This document shows positions 43,955 through 54,811 of a DNA stretch of 64,000 bases, piece after piece. The stretch comes from Nitrospirota bacterium. Its GTDB lineage: Bacteria; Nitrospirota; UBA9217. The stretch lies in NCBI GenBank assembly GCA_963790205.1, contig CAWBNQ010000011.1:32001-96000 (forward strand), given 5' to 3'. The notes under the pieces were generated by a model. That model worked only from the letters and a program-made list of their open reading frames with translations. It made no database searches and was not told the DNA's origin. Made by a program: the position numbers and the translations under genes. Numbering within the stretch: the first letter of the stretch is position 1; each line of letters begins with the position of its first letter.

Positions 43955-44866
43955 ATGAATACAGTAATTAATGATGTGGCTAAGCGCCACGATTTTGTCC
44001 TGTTGTTCGACGTGACCGATGGTAATCCAAACGGTGATCCTGACGCGGGCAATCTGCCCCGTGTAGACCCGGAGACTATGCAGGGACTTGTCACGGATGT
44101 TTGTATTAAGCGCAAGGTGCGGAATTATGTGGATATGGCCAAGGGAATGAAAATATATGTTCAGAACAGAGGAATTCTTGCTGGCGAACAGAAAAAAGCC
44201 TTTGAGGCTGTTGCTGCAAAAGAAGGGAAAAAGGCTGAACCGAGCGATTCCCCAAATGAGGATGCTAAAAAATGGATGTGTGAGAACTATTATGATGTGC
44301 GGATGTTCGGTGCTGTTATGACAACTGGAAAGACAAAGGAAAGCAAGAAAAAGTGGAACTGCGGCCAAGTTCGTGGACCCCTCCAATTCACATTTGCTCG
44401 TTCTATCGATCCGATTGTGCCGCTTGATCTCTCTATTACCAGGGTTGCACTGACCAATGCTGATGACACCGGCGGCCAAGATGATGACGATAAGGCCTCA
44501 AGTGGTCAGATGGGGCGAAAGGCTCTGCTTCCATATGGTCTCTATAAGGCTTACGGTTTCTTTACCCCTGCATTTGCCGAAGACACCTGCGTGGCAGCGA
44601 CCGATTTAGAAATCTTTTGGGCGGCATTGCAGAACATGTGGGATATTGATCGGTCCGCTAGTCGGGGCATGATGGCTTGCCGGGGCATTTATATTTTCAG
44701 TCACGATGATAAGTACGGCAAGGCTCCGGCGCAGAGTCTATTGGAAAGGGTTAATGTAGTGCGCAAGGAAGGTGTAGAAGCGCCTCGCGCCTTCTCTAAT
44801 TATTCAGTTAAAGTGAACGAGGCTAACATGCCCCAGGGAGTTACCTTAACGAAGCTGGCTGTATGA
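43955..44866 (+). CDS. cas7c: Type I-C Cas7/Csd2
   Basis: GNPNGDPDAGNLPR, TDVCIKRKVRN, DVRMFGAV, GQVRGP. Confidence 0.97.
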   Translation: MNTVINDVAKRHDFVLLFDVTDGNPNGDPDAGNLPRVDPETMQGLVTDVCIKRKVRNYVDMAKGMKIYVQNRGILAGEQKKAFEAVAAKEGKKAEPSDSPNEDAKKWMCENYYDVRMFGAVMTTGKTKESKKKWNCGQVRGPLQFTFARSIDPIVPLDLSITRVALTNADDTGGQDDDDKASSGQMGRKALLPYGLYKAYGFFTPAFAEDTCVAATDLEIFWAALQNMWDIDRSASRGMMACRGIYIFSHDDKYGKAPAQSLLERVNVVRKEGVEAPRAFSNYSVKVNEANMPQGVTLTKLAV

Positions 44867-45498
44867 ACTCGCAGGAGAAACAAGAAGCCGATCCTGTCAT
44901 GGTCTCCGCCTTGGAGCACTACAGCTACTGCCCGCGCCAGTGCGCGTTGATCCATCTTGAGCACGTATGGGACGAGAACGTGTACACTATGCGCGGTCGC
45001 GACACGCACGAGCGCGTGGACGAGGCGTCTTCGCGCGCCGAGGCGGGCGTGCGCGTGGAGCGGGCTTTGCCAATCTGGTCAAAGCGGCTGAACCTTACCG
45101 GCAGGGCGGACGTCGTGGAGTTCCACGGCGACATGCCATATCCTGTCGAGTACAAGTCCGGGAAGCATCGAAAGGGCCGGCACGAGGCGCTTCAACTCTG
45201 CGCCCAGGCAGTGTGTCTTGAAGAGATGCTGGGGGTGAAGATTGAGAAGGGCGCTTTGTACTGGCACGGGTCGCGAGAACGGAAGGAGATCGCATTGACC
45301 GATGCTTTAAAGGCCCAAGTCTGCGAGATCGCTGAAGCGGTGCATAAGATGATTGTAGAGAACCGAATCCCGCCACCGGTGAATGACGAACGGTGCCGGG
45401 ACTGTTCGCTCAGGGAAGCGTGTATGCCTGAGGTCGTGGATAATAAAATGAAAACCAAGCGTGCGGTCAATGATCTTTTTGCTGTCGAAAAGAGTTAG
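44863..45498 (+). CDS. cas4: Cas4 exonuclease
   Basis: YCPRQCAL, ADVVEF, PVEYK, QLCAQ, CRDCSLREAC. Confidence 0.96.
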   Translation: MNSQEKQEADPVMVSALEHYSYCPRQCALIHLEHVWDENVYTMRGRDTHERVDEASSRAEAGVRVERALPIWSKRLNLTGRADVVEFHGDMPYPVEYKSGKHRKGRHEALQLCAQAVCLEEMLGVKIEKGALYWHGSRERKEIALTDALKAQVCEIAEAVHKMIVENRIPPPVNDERCRDCSLREACMPEVVDNKMKTKRAVNDLFAVEKS

Positions 45499-45513
45499 GC
45501 ATGGAGGCTGACA

Positions 45514-46548
45514 ATGAAACAACTCCTCAATACTCTTTATGTTATGACCCAGGGGGCCTATCTTTCTCTCGACCATGAAACGCTGAAAGTAGAAGTGGAA
45601 GGCAAGATTCAGATGCAGGTGCCGCTTCATCACCTCGGGTCCATTGTCGTCATGGGAAACGTGATGATCAGCCCTTTTCTCCTGGGCCGTTGCGGCGATG
45701 ACGGCAGGTCCGTGGCAATCCTGGATCGTAACGGCCAGTTCAAATGCCGAATGGTGGGAAAGACGAGCGGCAACGTGCTTCTGCGCCAGGCTCAGTATGA
45801 ATTCGTGAGAGACGACGGAAAGGCGAGGGAGATCGCCAGGAATATCGTAGCCGGGAAGGTGAAGAACTCGCGCGAAGTCCTCATGCGCGCGGCGCGCGAG
45901 ACAACAGTACAGCCGGAGTCGGATTCGCTCAGACGGGCAACGGAAACGCTCGCCGGCGCATTGTTCCGCTTGAAGGACGCTCCCGATGTGGATGCGATCC
46001 GGGGGTATGAAGGCGAGTCGGCGAACGTCTATTTTCAAGTCTTCGACCTGATGGTGAAGGAAGACGCACGTGAAGCCTTCAAGATGAACGGAAGAACCAG
46101 AAGACCGCCGCTTGACCGGATGAACGGTCTCCTGTCGTTTCTCTATACGCTCCTGCTGCACGATTGTATTTCTGCGGCGGAAGGCGTCGGGCTTGATTCG
46201 CAGATGGGTTTTCTGCACGCTCTCCGTCCGGGCAGGCCGTCGCTCGGCCTTGACTTGATGGAAGAAATGCGCGCGCTGCTTGCGGACAGGCTTGCCCTTA
46301 CCCTGATCAACCGAAAGCAGGTGTCGGCATCGGACTTCGAAGTGCGGCCCGGCGGCGCGACCTATCTGAACGACGAGGGGAGAAAAACGGTGGTTGTCGC
46401 GTATCAGAAGCGAAAGCAGGAAGAATTCCATCATCCCATACTAGATGAACAGGTCCCTTTCGGCCTGATTCCTCATGTCCAGGCGCGGTTGTTAGCGCGA
46501 CACTTACGCGGCGACATCGAGGAGTACGCTCCGTTCTTGTATTCATAA
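45514..46548 (+). CDS. cas1: Type I-C Cas1
   Basis: [31 protein letters not shown]. Confidence 0.97.
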   Translation: MKQLLNTLYVMTQGAYLSLDHETLKVEVEGKIQMQVPLHHLGSIVVMGNVMISPFLLGRCGDDGRSVAILDRNGQFKCRMVGKTSGNVLLRQAQYEFVRDDGKAREIARNIVAGKVKNSREVLMRAARETTVQPESDSLRRATETLAGALFRLKDAPDVDAIRGYEGESANVYFQVFDLMVKEDAREAFKMNGRTRRPPLDRMNGLLSFLYTLLLHDCISAAEGVGLDSQMGFLHALRPGRPSLGLDLMEEMRALLADRLALTLINRKQVSASDFEVRPGGATYLNDEGRKTVVVAYQKRKQEEFHHPILDEQVPFGLIPHVQARLLARHLRGDIEEYAPFLYS

Positions 46549-46562
46549 CGCTGAGGTGGTAT

Positions 46563-46853
46563 ATGTGGATCGTTGTTGCGTATGATGTTCGCACCGATGA
46601 GGCGAAGGGGAGAAAAAGGCTTCGACGCGTGGCTCAGGTGTGCAAGGACTTCGGACAGCGGGTGCAGAAGTCGGTCTTCGAGTGTCAGGTCGATGATATG
46701 AAGTTTGAAGAGCTTCGGCGAAGGTTATTGCGGGAGATCAACGATGAGGAAGATAATTTACGTCTCTATCGGCTTACAGAGCCAAGAGAACAGCACGTCG
46801 AGACCTATGGTCTGAGCCGCACGGTCTTCTATGATGAGCCGCTTATCGCATAG
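46563..46853 (+). CDS. cas2: Cas2
   Basis: [28 protein letters not shown]. Confidence 0.97.
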   Translation: MWIVVAYDVRTDEAKGRKRLRRVAQVCKDFGQRVQKSVFECQVDDMKFEELRRRLLREINDEEDNLRLYRLTEPREQHVETYGLSRTVFYDEPLIA

Positions 46854-47019
46854 CGCGAACGTGGTGCGATGGTGAAAAGGCGGGGTATTTCGCGGATGAA
46901 TGAAATCAAATGGTTTACGGGGGTGTCGGAAGTTTTTATGCTTTGCTCAGGCATGTATAGCCCCTTTCGTGGAAAAGGGTGTGTAAGTATTTGTTTTCTG
47001 TCGCCCATAGAGGGAGACA
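46854..47019 (+). promoter_or_regulatory. CRISPR leader
   Basis: Non-coding segment between cas2 and the first repeat, starting CGCGAAC...TTCGCG as often seen in I-C leaders. Confidence 0.7.
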
Positions 47020-50000
47020 GTAGCGCCCCTCAGCGATGAGGGGCGAGGATTGAAACGCGTTGTCTCCAGCCAACTAATTAAAGATTTCGTGTAGCGCCCC
47101 TCAGCGATGAGGGGCGAGGATTGAAACATTGTAAAGCTCCGCGAGCCGTTGAAGTACATCCCGTAGCGCCCCTCAGCGATGAGGGGCGAGGATTGAAACT
47201 ACTCGGACAACGGCGCGGGCAACACGGCCAAGGTGTAGCGCCCCTCAGCGATGAGGGGCGAGGATTGAAACTCTTAAGGTGCGCCCGATTTCAAACGGCT
47301 CGGGGTAGCGCCCCTCAGCGATGAGGGGCGAGGATTGAAACACCCGTATAACGCGGGTCTTTACTGCTGATTGCGGGTAGCGCCCCTCAGCGATGAGGGG
47401 CGAGGATTGAAACTTTTGCATGGGAGGTTGCTGATACAGCGACCATCGTAGCGCCCCTCAGCGATGAGGGGCGAGGATTGAAACATTACAGGATCGGCGT
47501 GGCGTCTTTGTCTTTGGCGTAGCGCCCCTCAGCGATGAGGGGCGAGGATTGAAACCAGTCGTCCTGCGTGTCGACGGCCACGTTCAGGTAGCGCCCCTCA
47601 GCGATGAGGGGCGAGGATTGAAACTCCCATGAGAGATTTTACGTTGTTGTCTATTTCCGTAGCGCCCCTCAGCGATGAGGGGCGAGGATTGAAACGCGTA
47701 TCAGCTCATGACCAAGTCCGGGACTCCGAGTAGCGCCCCTCAGCGATGAGGGGCGAGGATTGAAACTTCGGAGACGCATCGAGCGCGCGCGCCAGGGCCG
47801 TAGCGCCCCTCAGCGATGAGGGGCGAGGATTGAAACACCTTGTTCGGGTTGTTTCAGCATATGTGCTCCAGTAGCGCCCCTCAGCGATGAGGGGCGAGGA
47901 TTGAAACGATTTTATAGGTCTAACCATCGCGTCCACTCCGTCGTAGCGCCCCTCAGCGATGAGGGGCGAGGATTGAAACCTTAATCTGCATCCCTTCGGG
48001 ATCGGACCGGTTGGTAGCGCCCCTCAGCGATGAGGGGCGAGGATTGAAACCCGAGTACCGGGGCTATGCCCGCTATCGTAGACCGTAGCGCCCCTCAGCG
48101 ATGAGGGGCGAGGATTGAAACCCATGAAGGGACCCATGCCTGCGCCTGTGCCATGGTAGCGCCCCTCAGCGATGAGGGGCGAGGATTGAAACATTTACCT
48201 CACCCCCACGGTCGGCGCGGCGAAGGCGTAGCGCCCCTCAGCGATGAGGGGCGAGGATTGAAACAACGTATCTCCGGACTGCACGGCTCGCGATGAGCTG
48301 TAGCGCCCCTCAGCGATGAGGGGCGAGGATTGAAACCCGGATACTTTGCGGTCTCCCTCGAAATAATCCGTAGCGCCCCTCAGCGATGAGGGGCGAGGAT
48401 TGAAACGATTTCTGCGTCGCCCCACTTTTCAAATCCTTCGAGTAGCGCCCCTCAGCGATGAGGGGCGAGGATTGAAACACGCAAAAGCCCACGTCTTCCC
48501 CGACGCCATCCGTAGCGCCCCTCAGCGATGAGGGGCGAGGATTGAAACATTAACATGGACGAAATTAAAATTATGCTTATCCGTAGCGCCCCTCAGCGAT
48601 GAGGGGCGAGGATTGAAACATTGGACTTGATCCCGATATGGATGAAAGGATTTTGTAGCGCCCCTCAGCGATGAGGGGCGAGGATTGAAACTTATAAATC
48701 GGTATGCAAAGTATACAATTAACCCTGTAGCGCCCCTCAGCGATGAGGGGCGAGGATTGAAACACTCTCGAAAAAAACAAAAAGACCGGCGCTTCCGTAG
48801 CGCCCCTCAGCGATGAGGGGCGAGGATTGAAACAATTCACCGATACATCAACCATATCCGGTACCCGTAGCGCCCCTCAGCGATGAGGGGCGAGGATTGA
48901 AACCGTAATGGCCTTGGTCTTGAGATTGACGACCACGCCGTAGCGCCCCTCAGCGATGAGGGGCGAGGATTGAAACATGTACGCCGTGTCTTCGTACCCG
49001 CTGCCGATGGTAGCGCCCCTCAGCGATGAGGGGCGAGGATTGAAACTCTAGTAGTGCAGCCGGAAACGATCAGGGCTTATGTAGCGCCCCTCAGCGATGA
49101 GGGGCGAGGATTGAAACGAGTTCCTGGTAGCATGTCCGCTCATCCGTTTGTGTAGCGCCCCTCAGCGATGAGGGGCGAGGATTGAAACACGTGGTGCACG
49201 GCGTCGGCGATGCTGATCGAGCGTAGCGCCCCTCAGCGATGAGGGGCGAGGATTGAAACACTCATGATCCAGCGCATGGCCAAGCGGAATTGCGTAGCGC
49301 CCCTCAGCGATGAGGGGCGAGGATTGAAACTCTTCTTCGAAGATCGATCTCCTGCCCCACGTCGTAGCGCCCCTCAGCGATGAGGGGCGAGGATTGAAAC
49401 TCTTCTTCGAAGATCGATCTCCTGCCCCACGTCGTAGCGCCCCTCAGCGATGAGGGGCGAGGATTGAAACATGCGCTCGTTGTACACCGCACGGTTTATA
49501 ATCGTAGCGCCCCTCAGCGATGAGGGGCGAGGATTGAAACATGCGCTCGTTGTACACCGCACGGTTTATAATCGTAGCGCCCCTCAGCGATGAGGGGCGA
49601 GGATTGAAACTCAGATAACTTGTGGTTTCTGTTCGATCTTAGTAGTAGCGCCCCTCAGCGATGAGGGGCGAGGATTGAAACCTTTCCGATGCATGTCATA
49701 ACCAGCGGTTCGTGGTAGCGCCCCTCAGCGATGAGGGGCGAGGATTGAAACCTGTTCCGGCCTCGTGAGCTCGATCTGCTTGAAGTAGCGCCCCTCAGCG
49801 ATGAGGGGCGAGGATTGAAACAATCTCGACCGCACAAACGGTTCGATGTCCGAGGTAGCGCCCCTCAGCGATGAGGGGCGAGGATTGAAACCGACAAGGT
49901 AGAGGCAGTACGGAGTTTGGCATTGTAGCGCCCCTCAGCGATGAGGGGCGAGGATTGAAACAAGGATTCGATGAGCGCCATCTCACAGAACCTGTTGTAG

Positions 50001-50603
50001 CGCCCCTCAGCGATGAGGGGCGAGGATTGAAACTCGAAAACGCTTTGTTCTCAAGAATAACGTTGCTGTAGCGCCCCTCAGCGATGAGGGGCGAGGATTG
50101 AAACTGTTATATAGGCCAGATCGACGATCCAGGATGATAGTAGCGCCCCTCAGCGATGAGGGGCGAGGATTGAAACATATTTACGCGACGGGAACAATGG
50201 GGCGATCAGGTAGCGCCCCTCAGCGATGAGGGGCGAGGATTGAAACAGTCTGCATGGTCTGATTTACCGACTGGAGCTGCGTAGCGCCCCTCAGCGATGA
50301 GGGGCGAGGATTGAAACATTGGTTGTTTTTGATGAGCCTCAAAAGTATTATAGTAGCGCCCCTCAGCGATGAGGGGCGAGGATTGAAACAGCGATCCTTT
50401 CGCCTCATCGACCGACCTCACGGTAGCGCCCCTCAGCGATGAGGGGCGAGGATTGAAACTGTTATATAGGCCAGATCGACGATCCAGGATGATAGTAGCG
50501 CCCCTCAGCGATGAGGGGCGAGGATTGAAACTTTCTTATCGGTGTCCTTCTTCGGTCCGTACTTCCGTAGCGCCCCTCAGCGATGAGGGGCGAGGATTGA
50601 AAC
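47020..50603 (+). CRISPR. Type I-C CRISPR array: 51 identical 37-bp repeats, 50 spacers (32-36 nt, 47 unique)
   Basis: Repeat GTAGCGCCCCTCAGCGATGAGGGGCGAGGATTGAAAC with 9-bp stem CGCCCCTCA/TGAGGGGCG and 3' ATTGAAAC. Counted by hand. Confidence 0.98.
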
Positions 50604-50728
50604 TCTGAGAGTTCGGCACTTTGGCGGTCAGAACTCCTTCTCTACGAGCGCATTCCATAAAGCTCATCTAATCTAAAAAATATCAAGATTACCTTGACGA
50701 ACAAGGAAAAATTAGGCATAGTTACGCT

Positions 50729-52366
50729 ATGATCCTCATAAGTCTTTTCGGCGGCATACTGCTCCTTCTCTACGGCATCAAGCTCCTGAACGACGGACTC
50801 CAGAATGCGACGGGCTCGAAGATCCGCTCGCTTCTTCGCTCTCTTACCAGCAACAGGCTGACGGCCGTGGGTGCCGGGGCGTTCATCACGGGCCTCATCC
50901 AGTCCTCGAGCGCCACCTCGGTCATGCTCGTCGGGTTCGTGAGCGCCGGACTCATGAGCTTCCGGCAGACCCTGGCGGTGATCCTCGGCGCGGACATCGG
51001 CGCCACGCTCACGGTGCAGCTCATCGCGTTCCACGTCTACGATTATTCAGTGCTCCTCATCGGGATCGGCTTGTCCTTCTTCTTTTTCACCAAGAAGACG
51101 CTTCCCAGGAACGTGGGCCAGGGGATCCTCGGCTTCGGGTTCGTTTTTCTCTCCCTCAAGATCATGATCGACGCCATGACCCCGCTCCAGGGGAACGAAC
51201 TGTTCAGGCAGGTGTTCGTCGCCCTTACGGACACGCCGTTCATCGGGATCGTCCTGTCGGCCGGCATCACCGCGCTTATTCACAGCAGCGCGGCCACCAT
51301 GGGGATCGCGCTTGCGCTCGCCACGAGCGGCCTGATCCCGCTCCACGCGGCAATTTACATCATCCTCGGCGCCAACATCGGCACCTGCGCCACGGCGCTT
51401 ATCGCAAGCCTGCGTTCTCCGGCCGAGGCGCGGAGGGTGGCCTGGGCCCATGTGCTCTTTAAAGTGCTCGGGGTCGTCCTGTTCCTGCCGTTCCTCGGGC
51501 CTTTCGGGCAGCTCGTCTCTTCCACGACGCCCGACATCGCCCGGCAGATCGCGAACGCCCATACGCTGTTCAACGTGATCATGGCAATTTTGTTTCTTCC
51601 CTTTATCGGACTTTTTTCAAAGCTCGTCATAAAGCTCGTGCCGGAAAAAGCCGAGGAGAAGAAATTCGGACCCATGTATCTCGATGACCACGTTCTCGCC
51701 ACTCCTTCGCTCGCGCTGGGCCAGGCCACGCGCGAGGCCCTGCGGGAGTCGGACATCGTGCGGGAGATGCTTATCGATGCGGTTAAGGTGTTCCAGAGCG
51801 ACGACCAGGCGGCCATCTCGTCGATAAAGAACAGGGACAACCTGATCGACCTGCTCGACCGGCATATCCGGCTTTATCTCACCCGGCTGTCGTCTTCGCA
51901 TCTGAGCGAATCCCAGTCGCGTCGCGCGATGACCGTCCTGGAGATCGCCCGCAACCTGGAGAGCATCGGGGACATTATCGACCGTAATATCATGCCTCTC
52001 GCCATGAAGCGGATCAGCAAGGGGCTTACCTTTTCCCAGGAGGGGATGGAGGAGATCATTTCGTTCCACAAAAAGGCCCTCGAGAACTTTGATACCGCCA
52101 TAGCGGCCTTCGCGGGCAACGACCGGGACCTCGCGGACCGCGTTCTGCGAAACAAAGAAGAGCTGGGGATCATGGAGCGGGAGCTGATCCAGGCGCACCT
52201 CGACCGCCTTCGCAAAGGCTTTCGGGAGTCCATCGATACGAGCCATATTCATCTCGATATCATCGGAAACCTTGCGCGCATCAACTCGCTCGTCACTCAT
52301 ATCATTTATCCCATCATCGAGGAAAAGCGCGGCAGAGGGCGTGAGGACGTGGGGATCGAAGCGTGA
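50729..52366 (+). CDS. Na/Pi cotransporter family protein with PhoU-like domains
   Basis: QSSSATSV, GADIGAT, HSSAAT, GANIGT, IANAHTLFN. Confidence 0.93.
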   Translation: MILISLFGGILLLLYGIKLLNDGLQNATGSKIRSLLRSLTSNRLTAVGAGAFITGLIQSSSATSVMLVGFVSAGLMSFRQTLAVILGADIGATLTVQLIAFHVYDYSVLLIGIGLSFFFFTKKTLPRNVGQGILGFGFVFLSLKIMIDAMTPLQGNELFRQVFVALTDTPFIGIVLSAGITALIHSSAATMGIALALATSGLIPLHAAIYIILGANIGTCATALIASLRSPAEARRVAWAHVLFKVLGVVLFLPFLGPFGQLVSSTTPDIARQIANAHTLFNVIMAILFLPFIGLFSKLVIKLVPEKAEEKKFGPMYLDDHVLATPSLALGQATREALRESDIVREMLIDAVKVFQSDDQAAISSIKNRDNLIDLLDRHIRLYLTRLSSSHLSESQSRRAMTVLEIARNLESIGDIIDRNIMPLAMKRISKGLTFSQEGMEEIISFHKKALENFDTAIAAFAGNDRDLADRVLRNKEELGIMERELIQAHLDRLRKGFRESIDTSHIHLDIIGNLARINSLVTHIIYPIIEEKRGRGREDVGIEA

Positions 52367-52367
52367 G

Positions 52368-52445
52368 AGACGATGGACGAGGGACGAGGGACGAGAGGCG
52401 AGGGATGAAGGGCGAAAGACGATGGACGAGGGACGACAGGCGAAG
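52368..52445. repeat. Left heptamer arm (GACGAGG/GACGATG) before the four-helix-bundle gene
   Basis: GACGATG GACGAGG GACGAGG GACGAGA GGCGAGG GATGAAG GGCGAAA GACGATG GACGAGG GACGACA GGCGAAG. Confidence 0.85.
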
Positions 52446-52450
52446 GAACC

Positions 52451-52834
52451 ATGACAATTTCGAAGAGAATTAACAGCGTAAGAGATCTGGAAGTTTACAG
52501 GCTGGCCTTTGAGGCTGCCATGGAAATATACAACGTCTCCAAGGATTTTCCAGCTGAAGAAAAATATTCGTTGACTGACCAGATACGAAGGTCTTCCCGC
52601 GCAGTGTGCGCCAATCTCTCTGAGGGATGGAGAAAAAGACGGTATAAAGCAGTGTTTATAAACAAGCTCTCTGACTCAGCACAGGAAGCCGCTGAAACTC
52701 AAACGTGGCTGGAATTTGCGTTGCGATGCGGTTATATTGATAATGAAACGTTCGACAGGCTGGACGAGCAATACGAGCATGTTTTTGCCATGCTGCGCAC
52801 TATGGAGAAAAAAGCCGATTCATTCTGTAAATAA
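52451..52834 (+). CDS. Four helix bundle protein (23S rRNA-IVP / bAvd-like family)
   Basis: RDLEVYRLA, FPAEEKYSLTDQIRRSSRAVCANLSEGW, EAAETQTWL. Confidence 0.92.
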   Translation: MTISKRINSVRDLEVYRLAFEAAMEIYNVSKDFPAEEKYSLTDQIRRSSRAVCANLSEGWRKRRYKAVFINKLSDSAQEAAETQTWLEFALRCGYIDNETFDRLDEQYEHVFAMLRTMEKKADSFCK

Positions 52835-52847
52835 ATTAGGAAAGAAA

Positions 52848-53005
52848 AGACGATAGGCGATGGTTGAGGTATACGTTCGTCGTCCCAGCGAGCGCAGCGA
52901 GCGTTCGTCTGTCGTCCATCGTTTACGGGGCAGTCGTCCGTCATCCTAGTGAGCAGAACGAACGATCGTCTCTCGTGAAAAGGGCGGTCATCCATCGTCC
53001 ATCGT
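52848..53005. repeat. Right, mainly complementary arm (TCGTCCA units) after the four-helix-bundle gene
   Basis: TTCGTCGTCCC, TTCGTCTGTCGTCCATCGT, GTCGTCCGTCATCC, ATCGTCTCTCGT, GTCATCCATCGTCCATCGT. Confidence 0.75.
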
Positions 53006-53021
53006 ATAAGAGGGGGTAGCA

Positions 53022-53420
53022 ATGATCAGACAGTTGCGGGTGAAGACCAACTCGAGGACGGAGCTCGTGGACATTACGCAGGTCGTGCAGAGGCTGGTTG
53101 CCGAGAGCGGCGTACGGTCGGGCGTATGCTACATCTATGTGCCCCATACGACGTCCGCGATAACGGTCAACGAGAACTCGGACCCGAACGTGGGACGCGA
53201 CATATTGAAGGAACTGAACAAGGTCGTCCCCTTCGAGGACAATTACGGCCATACGGAGGGGAATTCCGCGGCCCATATCAAATCGAGCATCATCGGCGTG
53301 TCGAAAGCCGTCATGGTCGAGGATGGCAGGCTTGCGCTCGGTACGTGGCAGGCGGTGTTCTTCTGCGAATTCGACGGCCCGCGCGATCGCAGGGTGATGG
53401 TCAAGGTAATGAAGGATTAG
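53022..53420 (+). CDS. yjbQ: YjbQ/UPF0047 family protein
   Basis: PHTTSAITVNENSDPNV, HTEGNSAAHIKS, LGTWQAVFFCEFDGPR. Confidence 0.92.
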   Translation: MIRQLRVKTNSRTELVDITQVVQRLVAESGVRSGVCYIYVPHTTSAITVNENSDPNVGRDILKELNKVVPFEDNYGHTEGNSAAHIKSSIIGVSKAVMVEDGRLALGTWQAVFFCEFDGPRDRRVMVKVMKD

Positions 53421-53461
53421 TAACTAAGGAATTAAATTCTTCTCAAAATGGAAAGAACTTT

Positions 53462-53565
53462 GCCGCAAAAAGGCACAAAAAGCACAAGAGTATCGTCTTA
53501 ACTTTTTGCGAATTTTGCGCTTCTTTGCGGTTAAATCGTTTTGGCTCCGGCTTGTCCGGGTCAGT
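53462..53565. repeat. Nonamer inverted-arm element, copy 3, with terminal segment
   Basis: GCCGCAAAAAGGCACAAAAAGCACAAGA ... TTTTGCGAATTTTGCGCTTCTTTGCGG, then CGTTTTGGCTCCGGCTTGTCCGGGTCAG. Confidence 0.8.
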
Positions 53566-53651
53566 TGGTAATGCTCTCATAATAATATTGAGCATTACTT
53601 CATTGTCATTTGATATTTGGAATTTTCCCCCTCATATGGTAGTATCCCGCC

Positions 53652-54695
53652 ATGAACACGACGGCCGCAGACCGGCTCAGACTTGCGGACTTTGACTACG
53701 ATCTTCCGGAATCTCTCATCGCGCAGGAGCCCTGTTCGACGAGGGACCGGTCCCGTCTCATGGTCCTCAAGCGTGGAACGCGCGGCATTGACCATCGCAT
53801 TTTTTCAGACCTGGAAAACTATCTCATCTCAGGCGATTTGCTTGTTCTGAACAATACCAAGGTGTTCCCCTGCAGACTCCTGGCAAGGAAACAGGGCGGC
53901 GGCAAGGCGGAGCTGTTCCTCCTCTCCGAACAGGGGCCCAATCTCTGGCATGCGCTCGTAAAAGGAGGGGGGGCGGCGGGAAGAAGACTGAGCGTTACCG
54001 CGGACATTGAGGCTGAACTCATGCACGAAAACCTCGACGGCGCGTGGTCTGTTCGTTTTCATGGAGCCGATAACATCAGAGAGCTCCTTCCCCGGATCGG
54101 CAAAACCCCGCTTCCTCCCTATATCAAACGGGAGCCCTCCGTGACGGATAAAGAACGTTACCAGACCGTGTACGCGGCCCGTGAAGGAGCGGTAGCCGCT
54201 CCCACGGCAGGCTTGCATTTTACTTCTGAACTTCTGGAGAGGCTTGGGGCCAAGGGCGTCGAATTAGCCTCCGTCACGCTCCATGTGGGGCCGGGCACGT
54301 TCCAGCCCGTTCGGACAGACCTGGTCGCCGAACACCGGATGCCGACTGAGCGTTACGAGGTTTCAAGCGATGCGGCCGAGGCCGTAAACCGGGCCAGGAC
54401 CGAGGGAAGACGGGTCATTGCCGTGGGGACGACGAGCGTGCGCACGATCGAGACCGCGGCTTCGTCCGCGGGGACGGTCGTTCCGGGAGAAGGAATGTCG
54501 GGCCTGTTTATCTATCCGGGATATCGCTTCAAAGTAACGGATGGGATCGTCACAAATTTCCATTTGCCGAAATCGACGCTGCTCATGCTGGTGTCCGCTT
54601 TCGAGGGCAGGGACCGTGTTCTTTCCGCGTACAAGACCGCGGCGGCCGAGAAGTACCGGTTTTACAGTTACGGGGACGCGATGCTGATTATTTAA
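53652..54695 (+). CDS. queA: S-adenosylmethionine:tRNA ribosyltransferase-isomerase
   Basis: FDYDLPESLIAQ, PLPPYI, YQTVYA, AAPTAGLHF, NFHLPKSTL, YRFYSYGDAM. Confidence 0.97.
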   Translation: MNTTAADRLRLADFDYDLPESLIAQEPCSTRDRSRLMVLKRGTRGIDHRIFSDLENYLISGDLLVLNNTKVFPCRLLARKQGGGKAELFLLSEQGPNLWHALVKGGGAAGRRLSVTADIEAELMHENLDGAWSVRFHGADNIRELLPRIGKTPLPPYIKREPSVTDKERYQTVYAAREGAVAAPTAGLHFTSELLERLGAKGVELASVTLHVGPGTFQPVRTDLVAEHRMPTERYEVSSDAAEAVNRARTEGRRVIAVGTTSVRTIETAASSAGTVVPGEGMSGLFIYPGYRFKVTDGIVTNFHLPKSTLLMLVSAFEGRDRVLSAYKTAAAEKYRFYSYGDAMLII

Positions 54696-54703
54696 AAAGA
54701 GAG

Positions 54704-54789
54704 GCAGGCTTCATGATGCATGACTGAAAAGCGTACCTATGAATTTATGGCATCGTCATGGATTGTGCATCAGGTATCATGGATCATGC
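54704..54789. repeat. Degenerate heptamer inverted-arm element
   Basis: GCAGGCT TCATGAT GCATGAC ... GTCATGG ATTGTGC ATCAGGT ATCATGG ATCATGC. Confidence 0.55.
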
Positions 54790-54811
54790 GCCGCACGAAC
54801 GAGGAAAAACC

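Noticed and set aside
47020..50603. Self-targeting spacers and short ORFs across the array
   Set aside because: No spacer match noticed in the window by eye (not exhaustive); the ORFs are translations of repeats
52451..52834. Diversity-generating retroelement (Avd-like gene)
   Set aside because: No reverse transcriptase and no TR/VR pair with adenine-specific mismatches seen in the window
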